DNA of 64,000 bases from positions 434,001 to 498,000 of the forward strand of contig JAAOMT010000046.1 in NCBI GenBank assembly GCA_016748015.1. Direction: 5' to 3'. Positions 13,327 through 27,706 of the stretch are shown here, one piece after another. Below the pieces are notes generated by a model. That model was not told the DNA's origin. It ran no database searches and was given only the letters and a program-made list of their open reading frames with translations. The translations under genes were made by a program, and so were the position numbers. Positions within the stretch are counted from its first letter, which is position 1. Every line of letters starts with the position of its first letter. This DNA is from Geosiphon pyriformis uo1 (taxonomy: Eukaryota; Fungi; Glomeromycota).

Positions 13327-15629
13327 GGGATAAATGCAGAATGGAATGTACAAAATAGAGTTTTAAGATATTTAGATCACTTGAGCTATACCATAGGTGC
13401 AAATTTGTTAAATTTCTGCTAACTACATAATTAAGCCAAATGTTATTCACTTGAGTTCATTCATCTATTCCTCTAATTCTTATATATAACAAGGTAATGC
13501 AACAAAAGAAAATCTATTTGACTTTTTCGATTTTTCACCCATCTATCTTTTCAACTTAGATGTTTCAACGAACAAAGTAAATAAGCTGATATCTGATATA
13601 TTTGGAAATCATTGTAAATCATTCAGTGTTACTCGTCCAGTTTTATCAAAAGCTGTTATATGAAGTAATTAACAATTGGATAATCTGACAACTCTATTAA
13701 GGAAAGTATTCAACCGGAACAGTAAAATTGATTTATAGAATTTGTTGACTTTTTTTTGAAATCAGCTTTATTTTCAAAATAATGGATTAAATTATATCTA
13801 ATTTTAAATCTTTAAAATTTTGATTTTTTTAAATAAAATATCAAATTAAATAGTTATTTAAAAAATAATAAAAATTGGTTTCATAAAGTAAATTAAAATG
13901 TAATAATCTTAGTTTTAATTTTTTAATTATAATAATAATAATAATAATAATTTTATATTATTTGAAAAACAATCAATTAAAAAAATTTATGAATTCATTT
14001 TTTCTTGTTTTTTATGACCACAACTGAAACAAATAATAAAAAAGTTGTAAATCTTTTATTTTTTAAAGTAACTGATAGTATTTTTATTAATAAAATACTT
14101 ACAATTATTAAAGTTGTTTAATGGTATTTTATAAAAGCACTTTTTTTTAATAAAATAGTAATAAACCAGTCTTTTGCTAATTTCAAATCATTTTATTTTT
14201 GGTTGAAAGTTTTTTCAAAAAAATTCATTAAAACAATTTTAATATAGTCTTTGTTTTATTTAAAAGTCTTAAAATATTTAATAAAAAACTGGTAATTAAT
14301 TTTTTTTTTCTATTTACTTTTTATTATTAGTTAAATAACTAAAAAATCAAAAAACAAAACTTTTAAATCTTTGCTATAATTAATAACAATTATTTAAAAT
14401 ACTAAAATTTTTTTTTGATATTTTTTGGTAATAGTTTTGTTGTTTTAAAGTTCGTTTCTTCTTTCATAAAAAATAAAACCTTGGTTTTTTTTGTTTTTTT
14501 GACATTTTATATTATTTACAAATTATAATATCTAATTTTGTTATAATTATAAATAAAAAACAATTTTTTATTTTAAATAATAATAATAAAAACATATTAA
14601 TCTATTTTGATCTGGATTAATTTTTAATTATATTGCTTAATATATTGAATTTTAATTAATCTTTGCTAATTTTAAAAACAAAACAAATTATATTTTTGTA
14701 TATAATATTTTTAATCAATTTATTAAATTATTTAATTATAAAATTAAATAAATCAAATAAAAACTAAAAAGATTTTTTTTTTGTTTTTTAATAATACTAT
14801 TTTTAATAATATTTAAAAAATAATTCTTAATTCTTAAAAATTTTTTAGATAAATTATTTTCTACTTTAATTTTTAATGTTTTTTTAAACTTAAATTGATT
14901 TATATTATAACTGTTTTTTAGTTTATATATGGTTTTGTTGATATAAAATTAATTTTTAAGAATAATATTTAAGATGTTTTATATAAAGCTTGTATTTTAA
15001 CTTTTTTTAAATATTGTTTTTAAAATTTAGCTTGTTAATTTTTTATTTTTTGTTATTTTAAAAGTTGTTAAATTTTTTGTGATATTTATTATTATAATTG
15101 TTTTTACTATTATTATTTTACATATAATTTTTTTTTAAAACTATTATAAATAATGTTAAAAATACTTTGTATATTTTTGGTAAAAATTTTAAAGTTAATT
15201 TAATTTATTAATTAATAATAATATATTATTGTATATTTTAAATATTTTAAAAATTTTAAAATTACTAAAACTGCTTTTATTTATTGATTAATTTTGATAA
15301 TAAAAAATATTATTAAATTTTTTTTAATATATTTAAAATCAAGTTAATCAAAATTTTTTTAATTATATTGTTTTTAATATTAGTTTTTAGATTAATAATT
15401 ATATTTATTTTATTTTTTGGTCTTTTACTTTTTTTTAATAACTAAAATATATAATTATTATATTTGGTTTTTAAATTAATTTGAATATTATTATTAGTAA
15501 ACTAATACATTAAAAAAAATTATATTTAATAAAAATTCTCTAAATATTAATATTGTTTTAAATATTAAAATTTAAATTATTTAATTTTTAATTATAAGAT
15601 ATTTTTAATTTTTTTTTAAAGTTTTTATT

Positions 15630-16720
15630 TGAAATTGTAATTGATTTTAAAATTTTTAAAATTTTTTTAATATAAGTTTTTATATTAAGTTTGTTATTTT
15701 TTGATTTTTTTTGTTGTTATTGTTGTTGTAATAGTTAATTTTGTAATTAATTCTAAGTTGGTATTTTTTTTTAAATATTAAAATAAAATATATATATTAA
15801 TATTTTTAAAGAAATTGTTGATAATTTAAACAAAAAATAATAAGTCTTAAAATAAAATATAATGTAAAAAATAATAATAATATTTTAATAATAACTCAAA
15901 TTTTTTTATAAATAAAAAAAAATTTGCAAAAATAATAATATTTTAAAAATTAAAAATTTTTAATAGTTAATATTTAATTATAATTATATATAAAATATTT
16001 TCTTTAAATAAATTTATTTTTGTAAATTAATTTAATTTAATTTAATTTTGACTGGTTTAAATAATTAAATTAAATGTAAAAAACATATAAGTTATATTTA
16101 ATTTAGAATATTTAGCTTGTTATATTATATTAAATAGTGATTAATTATGTTTTATTAAAATTTAATAAAAAAATTATTTATTTATTATGCTTTAATAAAA
16201 TATAATTCAATTATTATTTAATATAATACAATAATAAATATTTTAAATTATAAATAATTAGTTATTTAAACCAGTTAAAACCAAATTATAATAAATTTAC
16301 CAAAGTAAATTTTACTTATACAATTATTTTTTGCATAAATACAATTAAAATATTACTATTAAAAATTAGATTATTATTAAAAAAATTATTTATATTTTAT
16401 TTTATTTTAAAATTATTTATTTATTTGCTTAAATTACCAATAACTTTTCCAAAAATGTTAATATTTTTCTTAATTACAAAAAATTTTTATTTTATTTTAA
16501 TATATATATATATAATTACTTATTAATTATATAATTAAATAATCAAAAAGCTAATAAGTTTAATAATAAATCTAATTAATAAAACCAATTTAATTAATTC
16601 AGATTTCAAAAAAACTAAATAATAACAATAAAAAAACCAAGAAAATAGTAATTTTATATATATATTTTATATTAACAAATTAATTTTTAAAATTTTTAAA
16701 ACTTAATACTAATTTTAAAT
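15630..16720. repeat. Long imperfect inverted repeat (foldback/MITE-like relic) centred near 16175
   Basis: Arm pairs: 16046-16068 TTTTGACTGGTTTAAATAATTAA vs 16259-16280; 16121-16160 vs 16191-16230; 15794-15837 vs 16421-16464 (mismatches are transitions). Outer limits approximate. Confidence 0.65.
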
Positions 16721-19700
16721 ATTATATTTTATAATAAATATTTTTTAATAATTAATAAATTAGTTCAATTTTTTTATTTTTAAATATTAGTATAATTTAA
16801 TATTCTAAATATTTTTTTGTTTTTTGTTTTTATTAATTTAATAAATAAGATTTATTTAATATTTAATATAATATAACAACTTTGTATTTTAAATTAAATA
16901 TGAATTATATACTTATTATATGTAACTAGCTATTTGGTTTAAGCAAAATAATATTATAAATTTATTAAAACATTTATTTTATTTTTTATATCAAAATAAA
17001 AAAAATATAATTATTGTGTATTAAATAATACTTTAAATATTTTATATATACTAAGTATTTAAATAATATTGGTTAACAACAGTATTAACAGATTTTTGAC
17101 TACAGATAAGATAAAATTATTAATTATTAACAAATTATTTTTATTAATACTATTTTATAATTATCTTTAAAACTATTACTGTATTATTTTTAAAAAATAA
17201 ACATATTTCACTTATCTAATTTTTGAATACAAATTACTCATAAAAAGTAATGTATAGAATATTATTGTTAATATTTAAAACAAATAATTATAATATATTA
17301 AATGTCTTATTATTAATATTAAATATTAACTTTCATAAAATATTAAAAAAACAAGCAAATTTTTGTAAATAATTAACTTTTTTTCATATATAAAGGTATA
17401 ATTCAAAAACTCAAAATTATTTTAGAATATATATATAACACTAAAATATGTTTTATTATATAGTTTTTTTTATATAACAATTAATAATTTTTTGTATAAT
17501 GTTTTTATAATATAAAATTTAAAATTTGTTAATAATCTGGTTATAAAATTTGTTGTTATATGTAAGTTTAAATACCAAATTTGTACAAAATAAATTCAGT
17601 TTTTTTGATTAAAAAACTATTTACAATAATTTGTTTTTTAAGATCTATTTTTTATTAAACTTAATAAATTGTTTTAAATATATTATATATAAAATAACAA
17701 ATATTATCAAAAATAAACATGTTATTAGTCAAAATAAAATGTTTTTTGAGATTAATAAACAGAAATAAACCAGATAAATTAATCATATTAGTTAATATAT
17801 TAATATAATTATTTTCAAAATTTTTTTAGTGGCTTTTTATTTTAAATCAAATAATAACCAATTTTTTTGTAAATTATATTTTTAATATAAATTTTCTTAA
17901 TTTAGTATTGGTTTTAATAATTAAAAACTACCAGCTTTTTATTTGTCATATATATATTTAAAGTTATTTAAATAAATATTTACTAATTTTAACAAAAAAA
18001 CATATTTTAAAACCAATATAATAGTTTAAAATTTAGTCAATATTAATAAAATTAAACTCAAAATTTAAATATTTACTCTTAATTTTAAATTTAAAAAAAA
18101 CACAGTTGCTTTATATATTATAGATATTATATTTATAAATTTTAAAAACTTATTAGTAGATGTTTTTATAATATATACTTTTAGCTTTCTTAAATTTAAA
18201 TATATATAATTAAAATTAATTGATTTTTTAATATTTATTAAGCAATAATTATTATTTTTCTGTATAAAAACATTTCTTTATTTTTAAAAAAATTCACAAT
18301 TATAATAAACTACTTAAGTATTAAACTTGAATTTAGTTTTTTTTATTAATAAAAACATTTTCAATTGAAACATTTCTTTTTGTCTAAAAACTGCTTTATA
18401 AAAATAAAAGATTAAAACAAAACCAAAAAATCTTAAAACTATTGATATTGCTATTTTTTTAATAAAATAAAATATATAAAACATATTGTTAATAAAAAAT
18501 ATGTTATAGTTTATAAAAATATCTGTTATTTTAACCAAAAAATTATTCTTAAAACTGATATTTAATATAATAAAATATTTTAACAAATATTATAGTATTT
18601 ATATAAAAATTTGTAAATTTAAGTAATAATAATTAAAAAATCTGTTTAAAATGTTTTTTGTATTTAAATACTACATTATAAAAGTTATTATATTTTTAGT
18701 TTAAATTTGTTTAAACTGTTTTAAACTATATATTAATAAATAATAAATGCTCATATTAAAAAAATTTTAAAGAAATTTAGTTTTAAACTTAAAACCTTCT
18801 TAATTATAGTATTTTATTTAATATTATTACAAAAAAAATACAGATTTAAGAATTTTTTAACAATAACAATATTTTTTTCTGTAATATATATATAATTGTA
18901 TAAATTATTTTAGTATTTAAAAGAGTAAAAAAAGTGTTAAATAAATTATTAAAATAAAAAAAAATATTGTTATTACTATTTATTTTTAAATAAAAATTAG
19001 CTTAATATGAATTTTTATAAAAAAAGATAATTAAATTCATATTTAAAGCACAAAAAATAACATAAACTATCAAAAAACAAACTATTTAACCAAAATATAA
19101 CCAGAATTTTTTTAATAATTATCAAAAATATGTAATATTCAAAAGTTCAAAAATAAAACAATTATTAAAAAATTTATAAAAAAATATAACTAAAATATTT
19201 AATTAATTAAATATTATTATTAAAGTCATATTTTTAATAATATAATACTTTTTATTATTTAATTAATATTATAATAAAAACAAAAAATTAACAGCTTATT
19301 TAATAAAATAAAACATAATATAAAATGTTAATAATATATGTTTAAGAATTAAAAAATAATAAAAAATTCAGAAGCTAATTATAAATATATAACATATTTT
19401 AAATATTAATAAAAAGTATTTAAAACTTTAAAAAAAAGAAAAAAAATATATATAAAAAAAATAATTAACAATTTACTATAAAACTATAAAAAATTAGTTT
19501 AATATAAAACTAATGCTTTTTTTGGCTTACAAAAAAGCTATATATATAGCTAAATTATATAAGATTTATATACTATATTAAGATTATTTTAAATATATTA
19601 ATTATTTATATATATTAAATTAATTAAATTAATTATAAGCTTATTTGGCATATTATTTTTTTAAGAACTAATAATTTAAATAATCAAATTTATATAACTA

Positions 19701-21252
19701 AATTTAAATCTGTAATTATATATTATTAATACTAATTATAATTATAATTAATATAATTAAACATAAATTAATTAATTATATTTTTTGATAACTATTTTTA
19801 AATAATAATTGCAGATCTAAAATTAAATTACACAAATAAAAATATATAAATCTTAAAGCATAATAAAGCCTGTTATTATTAGATTATATATATTAATTTT
19901 TAATATTTTTTAGTTTGCTAAGATTATTTTGTATTCAATTTAATTAAATAATTAAATTGTATTATATTTTTATTATTATTAAGTTAATTGCTGATTTTTT
20001 ATTTTTTATTTGCCAACTAATTTTGTTGATTAAATATAATAATATAAGTTTTTTTTACATGATTTTAATAGTAATTTCTATAATATATATTGTAATTTTT
20101 GTATTAAAAACTATAAAAATCTCTGATAATACTATCTAATTTTTTATTTTACATGGTTTTAATACTAAAATATTGTTAACAACTAAATAATTTAAAACTA
20201 TTTTTCTAAAAAATATTCTAATACATTTTAAATTATGTAATTTTTATTGCCAACAAAACTGTTTATATATTTAAAAATAGTACAGATTTAAATACATAAA
20301 ATTTTAATATTCTATAATATTTTTTTAGCTTTGGTCATTTTTAAAATAATTGTTTTAAATTTAGTATTATTATTAATCAAAATTTTAATTTTGTTAGTTT
20401 TAATAGTATTAAAACAAATTTAATAATTTAACAAGATTAAAACTTTGTTTTAATTACTCAAATAAATAGTTTTTATAATTTTAAATACTAAAAGCTTTAA
20501 ATTATATAACTAAAATGATTTTTTGGTCTTAAAATTAGAAAAATTGTTTATCTAAACTTTTTTAAAAATTTTATTAGTTAAGTTACATATAATATTTATA
20601 AATACAATTATATTAAATTTAAATTATTAATACATATTAAATTTAAATTTAAATTTAACATAATTTTCAATTTAAATAATAAAATATTTTTAAAATGACT
20701 ATATTTTAGTATTTGCATTTTTAAAATTGTTTTTTTATTAAATTTAATTATATATTTAATTATTTATTTAAATTTACTAAAACAAAAACTGTTTTATAAT
20801 TAGTGTTAAAAAAATTGCTTGTATTTAAAATTTTATAATTAATTATAATATTATTTAGCATATGTATTAGTTATTAATATTATATAATTAGCCATCTTAT
20901 TTTTAAAAAATAATTAACAATCTAATTAATAATCTAATTATTGATTTAATTACTAATTTGGTTATTAACTACTTTAAATAATTATATAAATTATGTATTT
21001 TTAAATTGTAAAAAAGCATATTTTAATATATAAAACATATATAAATTAAAATAATAAAAATTATTTTTAAATATTCAATTTTTTTTAATTTATTTATTTA
21101 TTTTTTCTCAATTTTTTCAAGTATTTAAACATTTATAAATAAAAAATTATTTGTTAATATTTATTTAGAATTATTAATCTTAAAGATTATTAAATAAATA
21201 TTATTAAAGAATATAAATTCTAAAAATGCTAATATAAGACATAAAATTATAC

Positions 21253-22001
21253 TGTTATGGTTGAAACTTATACTTCTTATTAATTATCACATGTATTAGC
21301 CACTAATGTTATATAAATTAGCCACACTATTTTTAGATAGTGATCATTGACCTGATCAATAATCTGATTGTTAATCTGATCATTAATCTGATCATTGATC
21401 TAACCATTGACTTGATCATTAACCTAGTCATTGACCTGATTATTGACCTAGTTGTTGACCTGATTATTGACCATTTTTGACAGCTATATAAGTGATGAAT
21501 CTCTTAGCTATAGAAAAGCATGTTCAAAATAATCAAAAATAAATAAAATAACAACTTTCATCTCAATCATTCTTTTATTGCTAATTTCCCTTTCCTTACC
21601 TTCAAGTATCCAAACATCTTGGAATAAAAAATTATTTGTTGGTTAATTCTTACCTTTTTTCTGAAATGTATAAGTGTAGCATTTGAAAATTATTGAATAA
21701 AATGTAACTAAAGAGCACATCTGACACTTGATATTGAATTCTAAGAGCACTGATGTAAGACATAGAATTATACCAAGTGTGATTATTTGTTGACAGTACG
21801 GACTATCCCTCTATCTTCAGATTCTTCAGTTATCTTTTGAAAAGAATAGTAACTGAGATATTTTATAAGACTGATCTCGCACATTGAATCCATACTTATT
21901 CAGTTCACTCTTTGAAGTTGAATTTCTTTTTGATTATTTTTATCACCCTACAATTCTGTTTTCTTTTGCTATCTATTAGTTTGTTACTCCAATCCATAAC
22001 A
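21253..22001 (+). repeat. 5' LTR (749 bp)
   Basis: Starts TGTTATGG, ends CCATAACA. Direct repeat of 28333-29032. Contains ten 12-bp units (TGACCTGATCAT-like) at 21348-21467. Confidence 0.95.
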
Positions 22002-22007
22002 TAAAAG

Positions 22008-22026
22008 TGGTGCTCCCTGTAAAGTT
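22008..22026 (+). promoter_or_regulatory. Primer binding site (tRNA identity not assigned)
   Basis: TGGTGCTCCCTGTAAAGTT 6 nt after the 5' LTR. Complementary to a tRNA-like 3' end ...GGGAGCACCA. Decayed copies occur next to three other LTRs in the window. Confidence 0.8.
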
Positions 22027-22053
22027 GTCAAAATCCACTTTGTTTCCTATTGT

Positions 22054-23620
22054 ATGAGTGATTATTCATACCTGCCACAACAATCAGAAGAATACTTTGA
22101 AACACACAACAAAAATGATCTAGACTTTATTGAACTCAATCTTTTGTTCTCTTGCTTGATTTGCTTTCTTATTGAAAATCAATTCAGTAGACAATTCCAA
22201 GATTTTTGGAACTGGTTCTTGAATGAGCATTTAGCTGAAACCTACACAGCATATACAACTTATTACTTTGACCAAGTTTATTTTGAAGACAACTTTGAAG
22301 AAAAAAACAACAATATCAATTAGCTTTTGTATTCTACAACTTTTGAACAACAGCCCTCTGATTTTGAATATCTGAATCATCAAATCCACATTTGGATTGC
22401 TGCCCATCAAGCAACTGAAACTTCCTTTGAAACAAAAGAAGAAAGCTATCAAACTGCTCCTGTTTTTGACCTTTTATTAAGTGAATTAGACTTATCTATA
22501 CAAACAGTTACCTCTAAACCAATGGCTAATGACCTCATACAAGCAAACATTTTGGCCGCCCTCCAAGGTATACAAACTGCTCTAAGAAGAAGAAACAATA
22601 CCCCACTACCACTATTTAGAGATAATGCACAAGATCCAATTAAATGGTTGGATGATTTTGAGAAAGCTGCCACAGCCAACCAGTTTGATGAAGAATACAA
22701 GTTCCAAATCGTTGGTGGCTATCTCTAAGACTCTCCTACTACCTGGTTTTCACAAAAAACAGATGCCAATGCTCAACACTAAATAATCAGATGGACACCA
22801 ACCAATGCTGGAGAAGAAAATACCTCTTTCACTACCCGGTTTGAGACCAAGTTCAGAATTCCAATATTAATATCCAAATGGCACATGAAATTAAAAAAAA
22901 AAATCCAAGGCCCTGGAGAAATAGTGACTGAATATGCCAAAGCTATCAGAAAACTAATCAAACATGTAGACTCTGAGAAAAACTGGACAGAAGAGCAAAA
23001 GATCTATTCCATCATAAAAGGATTAAAAACTGATCTATCGTATGCTTTTTGGCCTTTTTTGGTTTTAAAAGACAACCCAACAATGAACATGACTATTAAA
23101 CTGGCACAAAAAATTGAAGATAACCAAAGAATGCATTTGGGATCTACACTTTCAGTTTTTGCTCCTGCTTCTGCCATGGCTTCAGTTTCACAAATGGCTG
23201 CTGCCTCTTTTGCTGCCCAAACTTAAAACTCAAATAAACAGTTAATAGATAGACTCACAGCTAATCTTGCTTGGCTACTGGAACTTTTGGCCCAAGCAGT
23301 TAGAGAAAATTAACAATCCCAAAGACCCAGATTTGAACTCCATTTTAATTAGCTCCAACAATCACTATATCAAAGACAGCAAAATTGCAGCCCATCTGTA
23401 TGCTATCACTGTGGACTAACTGGACACTTTTCAAGAGACTGTAACAATCCTTCATTGTCCCCTCCAGCTTTTAGAAATAATGACACTCAGAATAACAGAC
23501 CCAACAATAATAATGTTCCCAATCAAAGATTCAATCATGCCAACATCAATTTCTTTGGAGAGAATCCCCTAGTGGAAGCCACTATTTATCAGCCTTTAAA
23601 CTGGTAGGCACATCTTCAAA
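22054..23620 (+). pseudogene. Gypsy gag, disrupted
   Basis: QDPIKWLDDFEKAATANQF and QGPGEIVTEYAKAIRKL (retrotransposon gag). CCHC knuckle CYHCGLTGHFSRDC at 23401-23442. In-frame stops. Confidence 0.88.
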
Positions 23621-26600
23621 AAGTGAAAGTGCAAGCCAACCAGAAGAAAACCTCTTTTATGCTTTTAACCTAACTGATAATGACCATGACATGAATAAAC
23701 TAGCAATCAACACTTCTGAACCAACAAAAAAGAAGAAAAAAGCCAAAGTTGATTTCATTATAGATCCAAAGAAAGTCTCCATATTAACTGCTAATAACAA
23801 TGAGCTACTAAAAGCTAAAGTTTTTAAAAATCCTCCAAAGTTGAAATCTCCAGAAATTGTACAAAAATTTGAACCATATTTTGTTGTTAAAGATCTCATG
23901 AAAACTCCTGCTCACATTACCTTTGGCCAGTTAATGACCCATCCCCAATTCAGAAAAGACCTTCACAAATTATTAATACTAAAGAAGAAGACACCAAAAA
24001 CCAACAAGCACCCTCACCAAGCTGAACTTGCTGACAACAGCAATGTCACTCCTTTAATTTGCAAAGCCCAAGTGGCTGGCTACTTTATTGATTTGATCCT
24101 AAACAGTGAATCATCTGTTAGTGTTATTGTCAAACACTTTTTAGAAGCAATTGGCAGAAAAATTAATGAATCATCCACAAGACCAATAACCAATATACAT
24201 GGTGACAAAAAAAAAGGTCTGGACATAGCCAAAGCTGTTCCTGTCTGAATCAATGACATTAGCATTGAAACTGACATGGAAGTATTTGAAGCAAAAAAAT
24301 ACACCATAATAGTTGGCAATGAATGGCTTAAGAAAACAAAAGCCTTGCTTGATTATGAACTCTGTGAACTAACCATCAGATGTGGTAAGAAACCCATTGT
24401 GGTTAAGTGCCATTATTGGACAACTCCTTCAGTAACCTAACAGAACCAAGAAGAAGAACAATCAAATAAATCAGATGATAATGAGAGCAATGATAATGAA
24501 GATTAAGAAAAACAAAAAAAAACTGCTAAACTCGTCTATACCATCTTCATTAGCAATGACAAGCCACTGAATAATATTAAAGCTGATAAAGAAGGAATCA
24601 TGGTGAATGGCAAGCTGATCTGCTGGCTCTACTATGATATCCTCAGAAGAACTTTTGACAGAAAACCTGGCAAAAAAGCCAAATACAGTTATTGGTGGCA
24701 TGGTCCTTGTACACAGTGCTGGTGTAATAAACCTTTGTATTCACCAAGTGATGAATGCAAATCCTGTCTAATCTATTACAAAGATTGGGAACTAATTAGC
24801 TTGATACTTCAAGAAGAACTTAAAAAAGTACAAAAGTTCTTTGAAAATGAACCACCTGAAATTCAATTATTAGTTGTAGAACAAAGAGAACCTTCCCCTA
24901 AAGAAAGAAAAGTGAACATTGAAAATCTGTTGGCTAAAAATAGCCCAGTAATCTCAAAAGAAGATAATATTTCTGAACAAACTCATGTAATACAACACAC
25001 CATCACCACAAAAGAAACTCACCCCATTTATTTAAAATCTTATCAATCCAATTGATGCAATGATGAGTTTATCAAGAAAGAGATAAACCAGATAAAAAAT
25101 CTTGAATTCATACAAGAAACCAAGAGTGAATGAGCTTTCTCAGTTGTAGTGGTATCCAAGAAAGGTAGAATCCTATGCTTCTGTGTTAACTACCGCCAAT
25201 TAAATGCCATCACTATAAGAGACATGTACTCACTCCCCAAAATTGATACAATATTAGATAAATTCAATGGTGCAGCTTTTTTCTCAACCATTGACTTAAC
25301 TGCTGGATTCTGACAAGTAGAGATGGATCCAGAAAGCAGAAAGAAAACTGCTTTCATCACCAAGTATGGCACCTATAAATTCACAGTCATGCTTTTTGGT
25401 TTCACTAATGCTCTTCCTACCTTTCCATGTCTAATAGATAAAGTGTTTGAATCAGTAAAAGAAAACTTTGTTCTGGTTTACTTGGACAACATAATAGTAT
25501 ATTCAAAAATTTGAAATGAATACCTTGAACATTTACAGAAGTTTTTGACCTGCTCAGAAATGCTGGCCTTAAGATTAATCCAATTAAATCTTTCTTTAGA
25601 CACCAATCTATCCAGTTCTTTGGTCATCTTATTACAAAAGATGAAATCTTTTCTGATTCAGCTAAAGTTGAAAAAGTTCAGAACATTAGACAACCAATAA
25701 ATGTTCTTAAACTATGTACTTTTCTTGGTTTGGTCTCTTACTATCACAAATTTATCAAGGATTTCTCCAAAATTGTTTTTCCTCTTAATCAGCTATTCAG
25801 AAAAAATGTCAATTATTATTGGAACACTTATCAACAAAAAGCTTTTGAAATTCTGAAGGAAAAACTTGTTACTGAACCAATTTTCAAGCAACCAGATTTG
25901 GATCAACCTTTCATCTTCCATACTAATATATCTGGCTATGGACTTGGTGCTGTTTTTTTACAGAAGAATGAAAATGGCAGAAAACATGCCATAACATATG
26001 CCAGTAGATTCCTCACACCAGCAGAAAAAAACTACTCAGTTACTAAACAAGAATGTTTAGCAGTAGTTTGAACTACTAGCTACTGGGATCAATATCTTCT
26101 TGGTACAAAATTCTTAATGGTAACAGATCATCAAGTCTTGATTTGGCTGCACAATAAAAAAAAGCTAGAACACAAACAAATAACTTGTTGGATACTTCAC
26201 TTGGATGAATTTGACTATGATATTCAATACCACAAAAGAGCAAATCATCAAAACACTAATGCTCTCTCTAAACTTACCATTTAGTGATAGTACAATCTCT
26301 CAAACCAAACCAACTTAATTATTAGTAACTCCTTCACAAACAAACATAATAATAGACTTGGACAACTACTCTGCCTTAATAGAATTTTTGGGTAAAGAAC
26401 AATACTCACCAAAATACACTTGACAACAAAGAGAACATTTGCGAAAATAATCAAATTTCTATTTGATCTACCAGAACCAATTATACAAAAGAAACAGAAA
26501 AAATCCTGACCACCCCCAGAAAGTCATTAGATTTGAAGAAAGAGAAATTGTAATATACAACATGCACACTAACTTATTAGCTGGACACTTTGAAAAAACA

Positions 26601-27605
26601 AAGACAATTCAGAAAACTTTAACCTACTATTATTAGTCTATTTTGGAAAAGAATATTGCTGAATACATCAAAACCTGTGACATTTACCAAAGAAGAGACA
26701 AATCCAATTACAAAGAAGATATCCATCCAATCTCTGTTGGTCAACTATTTGACAGAATTGGTATAGATGTTGTTGGATCTTTAACAATAACTCCTGATGA
26801 CAACAGATACATTATTACAGCTACCGACTATCTTACAAAATGGGTAGAAGCAAAAGCCACTCCAAACCAAATAGCAGTCTCAATAGCCAATTTCATTTAT
26901 GAAGATATTATTTGCCATCATGGCTGCTTCAAAGAACTTTTATTTAATAGAGGAAGAGCTTTTCTCAGTACACTTATTGAAAAACTTTGTAGAAAAATAG
27001 GAATATGTCATAAACTTTTCTCCTCTTATCACTCCCAAACAAATGGCCTAGTGGAACGTTTTAATAAAACAATATGTGAAACCCTAGCCAAAACCAGTGA
27101 AGAAACAAACTTATAAGACAAAGTACTGTTTTCAGCTTTGTTTGCTTATAGAACTGTAAATCATAACATAACAAGTTATGAACTTTTTTATCTGCTCTAT
27201 GAATGCATAGCAACACTACTAATAAAAACTGATATTGAAACAATACTCTTTGAAGAGATCACAATAGGAAATTACAAAGATATTTTGTAAAAAAAACTTG
27301 GTATCATTCTTGACTCCTTAGTAGAAACACGAATAATTGCTTTTGAAAAGATAAAACAGTTCCAAAAAAAGCTTAAGAAAAAGAAAATCTATAAAACACT
27401 TTCTTTAAGTGTTGGTGACTTGGTATTGGAATATTGTTCAGACAGAAACAATGTCTATAGTGATAAATTCTCTAGCCGGTGGAAAGAACTCTTTATAGTC
27501 AACAAAATCTTAAACAATGATTCTTATATTCTTCAAGATCAATCTGGAACAATCTTCAATGATTGTTCTGTTCATGGTACACGACTCAAGAAATATTATA
27601 AATAA
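23620..27605 (+). pseudogene. Gypsy pol (PR, RT, RNase H, integrase), disrupted
   Basis: PR LILNSESSV (expected LDSGSS). RT KTAFITKYG...FGFTNA...VYLDNI. RNase H HTNISGYGLGAV...KNYSVTKQECLAVV. IN IGIDVVG...DYLTKWVEA...QTNGLVERFN. Start is approximate. Confidence 0.93.
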
Positions 27606-27706
27606 CCTAATTGACTGTCTGTTGTGATAATATCGACTCAAATAATCAGCAAAAATTAAGTATAAATAAATACACTATTCCCAAAACAGAGATATCTTTA
27701 ATCAAT

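Noticed and set aside
21348-21472. Regular short repeats resembling a CRISPR or iteron array
   Set aside because: Head-to-tail 12-bp units with no spacers, inside a eukaryotic LTR.
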